From: a virus
Reading direction: 5' to 3' (one strand)
Length of the DNA: 64,000 nucleotides
IMG/VR virus record: IMGVR_UViG_2924798928_000002
The notes under the pieces are model-generated. The model had not been told where the DNA came from. It saw only the letters and a list, made by a program, of their open reading frames with translations, and searched no databases. Position 1 is the first letter of the stretch; each line of letters begins with the position of its first letter. Of this stretch, positions 57,268-64,000 are shown one piece after another. Made by a program: the position numbers and the translations under genes.

Positions 57268-57450
57268 CTATTTTAGCCCCGCTTGTTTTAATATTGAATT
57301 TTCCGTCCCTTTCTTTAAATCCTTTTTAGGGTGTGGGATGGTCACAATCCCTTTCTTTGTTGGATGAGTGAAGTGGTGGTGACTTCCTGTGGCGTGATGG
57401 AAAACCCAACCATCTGCTTCAATCATCTTAATTATTTTTCGGCTATCCAC
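57268..57450 (-). CDS. hicA: HicA mRNA interferase toxin
   Basis: GSHHHFTHP...VTIPHPKKDL..GT..SILKQAGL. Confidence 0.92.
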   Translation of the reverse strand: MDSRKIIKMIEADGWVFHHATGSHHHFTHPTKKGIVTIPHPKKDLKKGTENSILKQAGLK

Positions 57451-57575
57451 ATTGATTTGCTCCTATATTGTTTGTTTATGTGGTTATTATACCTATAAAT
57501 TAATTAATGTCAATTATTTTTGTGGTTATTGTAGGTATTAATAATGAAAATGCGGTCAAAATCGACCGCACTTAT

Positions 57576-57947
57576 TCAGGCAATAAATAAACATTGCTTA
57601 CCTTCTGTTGATAATAGCAATAAAAGTGATGTCTTTACCGTTTTCAATCGATTGAAATATTCACGCCGTGAAATATGTAAATATCGCCAAATTTCTTGTT
57701 TTTCCCATCTCTTGATATAAGTCAGAACGAATACATCATAAAGTTCTGGTGTGACTTTTCTAATTACACCAAGGTAGCCATCAATTTCCATACCTAATTC
57801 ATCGCTTATAGGACGCGTACGATATTTTTCAGCATAACGAGCATCACATTTCATTTCTGCAAACCCTGCGGCTACACGTGGAAATTCAGTCTCATAACGA
57901 GGTGTAGCCCAATAACCAAATTCAACTGAAATCACATCAATATTCAT
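57576..57947 (-). CDS. Antitermination protein Q-like
   Basis: Position after ninG; ISDELG..ID; C-terminal HTH. Confidence 0.72.
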   Translation of the reverse strand: MNIDVISVEFGYWATPRYETEFPRVAAGFAEMKCDARYAEKYRTRPISDELGMEIDGYLGVIRKVTPELYDVFVLTYIKRWEKQEIWRYLHISRREYFNRLKTVKTSLLLLLSTEGKQCLFIA

Positions 57948-58486
57948 GTAAGCTCCTTAATTTTTGCCTTGTAATACTTAATAATCGCCTTGCAATCTTC
58001 AATGGTGTATTTCTTTGGATCGTGGTCTTGGCGTTCTAGCCAAGCTACCTTATCTGCACCGATTTTATTGACGAGATTTATTCGATATTCGATGATGTTT
58101 CCGCTCTTATGGTCATTACAGGGTGCACATTGTTTATGTACGTTGAGCTCACAAAATCTTAATTCAGGACACGCCCCCACACTCCGATAATGCCCTGCGT
58201 GGTATTGCCCTTGATGATACCGACCACAACTGATACAAGGCTTGTCTTTATCCCTTAAACGGATAAATTTATTAAATACCGATTGCGCCTCTTTCAGCCA
58301 TTCTGAACGGCTTTTTAATTTAGCCTTACGTTCCCTTTGCTTTTTCTTTTCTGCTCGCTCTTGCGCTTTTTGCGCATTATCTCGGGCTAATTTAATTGCA
58401 CATTCAGGTGAGCAAACTTTCTGTGTCGAGCTAAAGGTTTTTATAAACGCTTTGCCGCAGACTTTGCATTTATACTCTTTAGCCAT
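57944..58486 (-). CDS. ninG: NinG/Rap endonuclease
   Basis: FNKFIRLRD..PCISCG, AGHYRS.GA..ELRF, QC..CN..SGN. Confidence 0.92.
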   Translation of the reverse strand: MAKEYKCKVCGKAFIKTFSSTQKVCSPECAIKLARDNAQKAQERAEKKKQRERKAKLKSRSEWLKEAQSVFNKFIRLRDKDKPCISCGRYHQGQYHAGHYRSVGACPELRFCELNVHKQCAPCNDHKSGNIIEYRINLVNKIGADKVAWLERQDHDPKKYTIEDCKAIIKYYKAKIKELT

Positions 58487-58575
58487 TAGCCAAACACCAT
58501 ATTAAAAATCACCCAAACCGCGGCAATCCAAAGTACAATTTTTAACTCTAGAATATCGTCATCGTTTAATTTCAT
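58486..58575 (-). CDS. 29-aa hydrophobic peptide
   Basis: MKLNDDDILELKIVLWIAAVWVIFNMVFG; coupled to both neighbours. Confidence 0.45.
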   Translation of the reverse strand: MKLNDDDILELKIVLWIAAVWVIFNMVFG

Positions 58576-58764
58576 TTAATCCACCAAGCTCATCACGCCG
58601 TAACCAATGCCGACTGCAATCAAGATAAAATATGCCAATGTGCTTACGACCAATATCCAGTTAAAAAATCTAGCAATGAATGGGGAAATTAGCCCCAAAA
58701 GAAGTGCTAATAAAGGTAAGCTCATCACTATCAACATCAGCGCAAAGTAAATAATCCAGTCCAT
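58576..58764 (-). CDS. Small membrane protein
   Basis: AGGAG RBS; two transmembrane segments. Confidence 0.6.
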   Translation of the reverse strand: MDWIIYFALMLIVMSLPLLALLLGLISPFIARFFNWILVVSTLAYFILIAVGIGYGVMSLVD

Positions 58765-58773
58765 ATCTAACTC

Positions 58774-59283
58774 CTACCAAAAGAACTCATATAACTGATT
58801 TAACGTATTTTCATCGGTTGAATCGTTAAAAATATGCTTGATTGCTGCACTAATTAACGCCTTGTAACAGCTTTCAAACTCTGCTTGCTCCATATTTCCA
58901 TAACTCAAAGATTGCGCCTCAATCCGCAAATCACCTTTAATGTTGTATGTGGATTCGTAAAACCCCGCCAATACCGTTAGATGCTTGCGAAAGGTGTCAA
59001 ATTGCTTTCGTTCATCAAAGTGTTCCCATTCTGTTTTATCTGCAGCCCAATGGTTAAAACAGAACTTAAAAAAGGCGAACACCTTACGATGGAAAGCGGG
59101 ATTGCGTGTACGGATGATTTCAATTTCATACTGCTCACCATTTTTTAATGATTTCAATTCTTCTGATTCCAGCTCATCAAGTGGTGCAAGAACACCGCCT
59201 TGTAACTTAATCATCTGAATTTTTAACCGTCCTTCAGTTCGTTTCCCATGCGCTTTTTTAATATCGTCAACACTACAAGCCAT
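58774..59283 (-). CDS. DUF1367-family nin-region protein
   Basis: RNPAFHRKVFA, FDTFRK.LT..AG, SLSYGNM. Confidence 0.8.
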   Translation of the reverse strand: MACSVDDIKKAHGKRTEGRLKIQMIKLQGGVLAPLDELESEELKSLKNGEQYEIEIIRTRNPAFHRKVFAFFKFCFNHWAADKTEWEHFDERKQFDTFRKHLTVLAGFYESTYNIKGDLRIEAQSLSYGNMEQAEFESCYKALISAAIKHIFNDSTDENTLNQLYEFFW

Positions 59284-59287
59284 TAAC

Positions 59288-59878
59288 CTATTTCTCCATG
59301 CCGATATACCCACCAACCTTTTTAATAAAATCAAGGCTAATTGAACGTGTGACAAAGTCTTCCATTGTTGGATTAAAGACTACGACCATTTGCCCTTTGC
59401 TATTCCCCTTGATTTCTTTTCCTGTTACAGGGTTGATAAATGCAATTCGACCACCTGTGATATCAATCACTTCATTCGCCACGCCTTGAATGTGGTTTTG
59501 ATACCATTGAGTAGATTTATCGTTATTAAGCAACATCACCACTAGATATCCTGCATCTCGTAGTTCTTTCGCGCGTTGTAGGTATGGTGTAACGTTGGAA
59601 TAAGGCGGGTTCACATAGATTCTTAACGGAGCCGAACAACGTTCCGCTACTTCATCCAACAACACATCTAACATTTGCTCAAGCGGCATTAGAAAGTCAT
59701 CTGCAATTGATTGATTCTCATCATTATCTGAGTTAGGTTCGCCGATATAGCGCCATGTCAAGGCGTTGTTTGCTGTTGCACAACCATCAAGATCGAACCA
59801 CCCGAAACGTTGAGATAGCCATTCAAAAACATAGTGTGGTGTTTGCCATGTATCTTTATCAAATTTTTGTTCTGTCAT
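59288..59878 (-). CDS. Phage DNA N6-adenine methyltransferase
   Basis: DTWQTP, FDLD, NPPY. Confidence 0.88.
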   Translation of the reverse strand: MTEQKFDKDTWQTPHYVFEWLSQRFGWFDLDGCATANNALTWRYIGEPNSDNDENQSIADDFLMPLEQMLDVLLDEVAERCSAPLRIYVNPPYSNVTPYLQRAKELRDAGYLVVMLLNNDKSTQWYQNHIQGVANEVIDITGGRIAFINPVTGKEIKGNSKGQMVVVFNPTMEDFVTRSISLDFIKKVGGYIGMEK

Positions 59879-61248
59879 TGCAATGCCCCTTTCCCATAAC
59901 TTTTAGCCGCATAGGTTTTAGCTTGTTGCTGTGGTTTCTCATTGATGAATTGATACGCTTGCGCCTGATCGCAATCGAGGAAGTGACCTCTATCAAATTT
60001 CATATAAGCTGTGCCTAATCCACCAAACCGATTTTTAGTCACAATAGCTTCGGAGTAAGGATTATCACAATCTGCCTTGTATGCCCCCTCACGGTAAAGC
60101 ATGATGATTTGGCTTGCATCTTGCTCGATTGAGCCTGAATCACGTAAATCTGAATTAGCAGGGCGTTTTACTGCACGGCTATCTACATCACGGTTAAGCT
60201 GGCAAAGTAAAATGATTGGAATATTGAAGTTTTTGGTAAAGGCTTTTAGCTTGCTCATAGAATTAGCGATAGCTTGGGTTAGATTTACACCGCGCTCTTG
60301 CTTGTGATTCATCAAGCCTAAATAATCAATTACAACCACAGATGGTGCGCCTTTCTCGCTAATATAGTTTTCTGTAATGGCGCAAATTTCATCGGCAGAT
60401 AAACCACCACGATCGACAAAATAAACATCTTGCGACCGCACGTCTTGCAATGCGCTTGTTAAGCGGTGATAGTCGCCCTCATCAAGCTCGGTTGGATTGC
60501 GCAATTTCTTCACGCTCACGCCACCAGTAGCACTCAACAAACGATCGACTAATTGGAAGTTACCCATCTCAAGGCTGAAAAATAAAACTGAGCCATGATT
60601 TTTGGCGATATTGCGAGTCACTGTCAGGCTAAATTCTGTTTTCCCTGTTCCTGGGCGACCAGCCACAATGACAATATCCGTTGAATTTATGCCGCCAAGA
60701 ATGTTATCGACCGCCTCAATGCCTGTGTAAAGTAAACGTTCTTTAAAATCGCTTTTTGAACGTTTTTCTAAAACATCCACATAAGAATCGACCAATTCAC
60801 CCATCGCAATCGGCTTGATTTCCGTTTTGCTGACAAGCAGTTTTTGAATTTGATTAAGTGCATTTTGAGTGATTTGGTTTACTTGCTCCTCTTTCGCGTT
60901 GGCTAACTCCCCTGCCATTTTCAACAATGCCTGTTGAGCAGTACGATTCACCCAAGCAGAATGGACTTTCTTTGCATACCCTAAAATGTTTCCGCTGTAG
61001 GCATATCCGCTTGCTAATTCCGCTAGATTGGCAAAGTTTTCACCGTAATCTTGCGCAAGTAACAAAATATCAATCAAATCATCTTTGCGAGCCTGTTTGC
61101 GAATATTTCCGTAAAGTGCGCCAAGTTGGAATGTGGCAAACATTTCTGGTTCAAGCCAACTCATCACTTCGCGAGCTTGTGGGGATAATCCACCGTTTAA
61201 AAACGCACCGACCAAAGAATATTCCAAATCGTAGATTCCGTTACGCAT
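59875..61248 (-). CDS. DnaB-like replicative helicase
   Basis: AGRPGTGKT, FSLEM, IDYL, LRDSGSIEQDA, KNRFG. Confidence 0.93.
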   Translation of the reverse strand: MRNGIYDLEYSLVGAFLNGGLSPQAREVMSWLEPEMFATFQLGALYGNIRKQARKDDLIDILLLAQDYGENFANLAELASGYAYSGNILGYAKKVHSAWVNRTAQQALLKMAGELANAKEEQVNQITQNALNQIQKLLVSKTEIKPIAMGELVDSYVDVLEKRSKSDFKERLLYTGIEAVDNILGGINSTDIVIVAGRPGTGKTEFSLTVTRNIAKNHGSVLFFSLEMGNFQLVDRLLSATGGVSVKKLRNPTELDEGDYHRLTSALQDVRSQDVYFVDRGGLSADEICAITENYISEKGAPSVVVIDYLGLMNHKQERGVNLTQAIANSMSKLKAFTKNFNIPIILLCQLNRDVDSRAVKRPANSDLRDSGSIEQDASQIIMLYREGAYKADCDNPYSEAIVTKNRFGGLGTAYMKFDRGHFLDCDQAQAYQFINEKPQQQAKTYAAKSYGKGALQ

Positions 61249-62180
61249 TACAAATTCCCCTCCAAAACTTTATCCAACGTGTTTTCTCGTAGTAAAAAAT
61301 CAAAATCAGCTTTCCAGCCACGGTTATTCTCACCGAAATAAAACTCACGAGCAGAGCGCATAAAATCCGTAAAATATTCGCCCAATGCCGACGCACTACC
61401 ATCGCCAAATCGTTTTTTAAACACCTCAGAAAGTTTCTTCACGGCTAGTTTACGTTTGTCACTCAAATTTGACGGATCGGCAATTCTTGGCAAAGCAACG
61501 CCTGTTAAGTCCAGTGCATCGTTGTAGGCTTGAGCTATCCCGATATAATCGGTTCGATCAATTTTTTGTTTTTCATCAGAGTGTGTATTTCCATCAGGGT
61601 GTGTATCTCCATGCCCTTGTGTCACATCGGTGTCAGTCGATTCCCCTTTAGGGGGGAGGGGGTTATCTTTTATTTTTTCTTTTGTAATAGTTTCTTTTGT
61701 GTTCCCTACTTTTTCGGGATAGTCACTCCCTACTTTTTCGGGAACTAATTCCCTATTATTTCGGGAACTCCCTACTTTTTCGGGATTAAGCATTTCCCAG
61801 CTAAAAACAGACAAATTCACGCCTGTTTTTTTGCCATCTTCAAACAAAATACGCTCTTTAATTAATTCTTTTCTTACTGCCGAAAGTTGGTTAATGTGAT
61901 ATTTGGTTGGTGCTATTTCCATCATTTCACAAACCTGTGAATGCGTGAACCAATCGCTTTCTTTTCGCCAAGAAAGCGTTTTAAGTATGGTTGCCAACAA
62001 ATAAGATCCTTTCCAACCTAAAACTTTAGATCGCAAAATTGCTTTTAAAAGTTCATTCGGAATAGCCGTAAATCCATCATCCACACTCACTTTCTTCACA
62101 CCTTGCTTTTCGGGTTTAGACTCTTCTTTTTTTTCGCGTAATTCGCGCCAATCTTCAATTCTGACGAGATTTCCCATCAT
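61248..62180 (-). CDS. Replication initiator (lambda O-like)
   Basis: DDGFTAIPNELL; internal iterons; WKADFDFL. Confidence 0.85.
   Translation of the reverse strand: MMGNLVRIEDWRELREKKEESKPEKQGVKKVSVDDGFTAIPNELLKAILRSKVLGWKGSYLLATILKTLSWRKESDWFTHSQVCEMMEIAPTKYHINQLSAVRKELIKERILFEDGKKTGVNLSVFSWEMLNPEKVGSSRNNRELVPEKVGSDYPEKVGNTKETITKEKIKDNPLPPKGESTDTDVTQGHGDTHPDGNTHSDEKQKIDRTDYIGIAQAYNDALDLTGVALPRIADPSNLSDKRKLAVKKLSEVFKKRFGDGSASALGEYFTDFMRSAREFYFGENNRGWKADFDFLLRENTLDKVLEGNL
61703..61785. repeat. Replication origin iterons (4 x 17 bp)
   Basis: TCCCTACTTTTTCGGGA at 61703, 61727, 61769; variant at 61750. Confidence 0.85.
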
Positions 62181-62337
62181 TCATCTCCTTAAATAGCAAT
62201 TTTGCTTGTTTATCTAATTCGTTAATTGATGCCCCTTGCTCGATAAGTTTTTTTAATCGCTTTCGATATTCAAGGGCTTGCCAAAGCGGAGATGAAGAAG
62301 TACAATCACTACTGTCTTTTATGTTCGTTTTATTCAT
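62155..62337 (-). CDS. Hypothetical protein
   Basis: AAGGAG RBS before MNKTNIK. Confidence 0.55.
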   Translation of the reverse strand: MNKTNIKDSSDCTSSSPLWQALEYRKRLKKLIEQGASINELDKQAKLLFKEMNDGKSRQN

Positions 62338-62380
62338 ATAAAACGTCTCCTTAAAGCCACGAAATCTCCTCGTGGCTTTT

Positions 62381-62821
62381 TTATTTCTTGTGTAACACAA
62401 TCGCACATTCAATCGAATGTTGTGTTGCTGCTAAATGCTTACTCAATGCTTGACGGATTTTGTCTTCTTCTTTCGAGGTGATTTCACCGTCTTCTAACGC
62501 TGTTTCTAATGCAGCAAATAACAAGCCTCGAGCCGAAAGCTCGTGCAGTTGTAAATTGGCAAGCTCAACCTTGTCTAATTCATCCTCTGCCACATCAGGT
62601 ACAAAACGTCCACCAGCATTTCGGCAAAGCTCATCGATAAAATCAGTGCATCCATACTCAAGTTGCAGTGCAATCAATTCTTCATTTTTGAATCGTTGGC
62701 CTTTTATTTGATAAAGGCGATTCTTTAATTCACTTTCGGTAAAACCTAGGAACCCTGCTACCGCACTTCTCCCCCCAGGAATCCGATCAATCATTTCGAT
62801 AATAACTTTCTTCATTTCCAT
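62381..62821 (-). CDS. YmfL/CII-like regulator
   Basis: PGGRSAVA..LG...L.NRL; ALEDGEIT..E. Confidence 0.75.
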   Translation of the reverse strand: MEMKKVIIEMIDRIPGGRSAVAGFLGFTESELKNRLYQIKGQRFKNEELIALQLEYGCTDFIDELCRNAGGRFVPDVAEDELDKVELANLQLHELSARGLLFAALETALEDGEITSKEEDKIRQALSKHLAATQHSIECAIVLHKK

Positions 62822-62869
62822 AATTTTTGCCTTATTTTTATGGTTTTCTTTTAGGTAAAGGTTGGTAAA

Positions 62870-63103
62870 TTACGCTCTAAGGTGTTTTGGTAATCCATCA
62901 TCTGGGTTTGGATATAAGTGCGGACTTAATTCATGCGGAGTAACTAAATAATCAGTTACTGCAGACCAAACTAATGTCGTTTTCGCGCTTAATTCACAAC
63001 GTCCCGTCAGATAATGGCTAACAAATCCTTGGGTTTTTTGTACAAGCCGAGCAAACTGTTCTTGAGTGAGTTTTTTCTCGGCTAAATAATCGGTTAGTTT
63101 CAT
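62870..63103 (-). CDS. Cro-like (YdaS-family) repressor
   Basis: HTH; VTPHEL.P.LYPNP.DGLP; divergent from cI. Confidence 0.85.
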   Translation of the reverse strand: MKLTDYLAEKKLTQEQFARLVQKTQGFVSHYLTGRCELSAKTTLVWSAVTDYLVTPHELSPHLYPNPDDGLPKHLRA

Positions 63104-63114
63104 ATAGCCTCCTG

Positions 63115-63205
63115 AATAGTTAAATATTAGCAAAACTATTTAACTTATTCAATAGCTTTAATATTTTCACTATTCTTGATCTTATTAGCGGGGCTAATAT
63201 AATTC
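63115..63205. promoter_or_regulatory. cI/cro operator region
   Basis: Related palindromes such as TATTAGCGGGGCTAATA between the divergent genes. Confidence 0.6.
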
Positions 63206-63230
63206 CGGCAAAAGATACGAGAGGGATACA

Positions 63231-63983
63231 ATGAGCGAAGTGGAACAAAGACTTTTTGAGATTAAAACTCGCCTAAAAAGTATTTATGAAACAAAGAAAA
63301 AAGATTTTGGATTAACTCAAGCTAAAATCGCTAATCTGTTGGATATTAAGACACAGGGCGGTGTAAGCCACTATATGAACCCAAATAGTAAGCAGCCTAT
63401 AAGCAAAGAAACAATCATTAAATTTGCTTCGATTCTTGATGTTGAACCATCTGATATAGATCCTGATATTTCCGAGGACTTCACTACTCTTGTAGCAAAA
63501 GCAAAAGAGTTTTCGGAACCGACAGCCTCCGATTCAATCAAGCTCACACTACTTGATAACCATCTTGCCGCCGGTGATGGCGTCATCAACCTTGATTACC
63601 CGGACACAATCCGCTCTATTGAATTTTCGCGCGACAAGTTCATGGAGATTTTCCAACGCAGAACGGCTCATAATCTCTCGATTGCGATTATCGACGGAAA
63701 CAGCATGTACAACCCAAATAATGCCGAAATGAGCCTAAAGCATGGTGACATCGTGGCGATTGATAGAACAATTAATGACTTCAAAGATGACGGAATTTAT
63801 GCGTTTGTATATGAAGGAAAAGCAAGAATTAAGCGCTTGCAGTATCTAAGCGGATATAGACTAAAAGTAATTTCTGACAATCCAAGTTATGAGCCCGAAA
63901 TCTTAGAAAAATACCAAGTAGAACAGATTCACTTTGTCGGAAAACTAATCAAGAAACTAACACTGGATATTGTTGATCTGTAG
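63231..63983 (+). CDS. CI-like repressor (HTH plus S24 peptidase)
   Basis: TQAKIA HTH; AAGDG, GNSM, IKRL, SDN..Y. Confidence 0.92.
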   Translation: MSEVEQRLFEIKTRLKSIYETKKKDFGLTQAKIANLLDIKTQGGVSHYMNPNSKQPISKETIIKFASILDVEPSDIDPDISEDFTTLVAKAKEFSEPTASDSIKLTLLDNHLAAGDGVINLDYPDTIRSIEFSRDKFMEIFQRRTAHNLSIAIIDGNSMYNPNNAEMSLKHGDIVAIDRTINDFKDDGIYAFVYEGKARIKRLQYLSGYRLKVISDNPSYEPEILEKYQVEQIHFVGKLIKKLTLDIVDL

Positions 63984-64000
63984 TAACAACTGACCTAAGG

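Larger units (their letters stand above)
1..64000 (-). mobile_element. Lambdoid (siphovirus-type) prophage, incomplete at both window edges, interrupted by a Mu-like prophage at 13976-49346
   Basis: Lambdoid gene order cI-cro-cII-like-O-dnaB-nin-Q-lysis-terminase-portal-head-tail-tape measure-antirepressors. Confidence 0.93.

Noticed and set aside
61641..61666. Copy of the 36-bp palindromic repeat in the outer phage
   Set aside because: Only a C/G-run palindrome encoding the common NPLPPKG linker of initiators; lacks the repeat core
61703..61785. Mini CRISPR array
   Set aside because: 17-bp repeats with 2-7 bp gaps inside the initiator gene fit iterons; no cas genes seen

Overview
The whole window is prophage DNA from a Pasteurellaceae (Haemophilus-like) host, judged by many AAGTGCGGT uptake signals. 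It holds two nested prophages. The outer lambdoid siphophage lies mostly on the - strand, running right to left: cI/cro, replication with ori iterons, nin, Q, lysis, terminase, portal, MuF with an ADP-ribosyltransferase tail plus immunity gene, capsid, tail, tape measure, then an accessory and antirepressor zone at 1-4930. A complete 35,371-bp Mu-like transposable prophage (13976-49346; TG...CA ends; 5-bp CCCAT target duplication) interrupts it at codons 8-9 of the head-scaffold gene. The Mu-like phage has Mu-type early and head genes, a P2-type contractile tail, and no gin, com or mom. The most interesting unannotated signals are non-coding. A promoter-driven 77-nt tRNA-like antisense RNA lies directly behind a MuF gene with a BECR-like nuclease tail. 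A structured, pseudoknot-capable RNA lies behind an orphan PemK/MazF toxin. A C4-like antisense RNA has visible targets, and an orphan C4-type attenuator precedes a ProQ/FinO gene. There are four exactly spaced late promoters, three with hairpins over the RBS or start codon. An XRE-ImmA-Cys-rich micropeptide cassette is flanked by repeated terminators. Family names come from motif recognition only; no searches were run.
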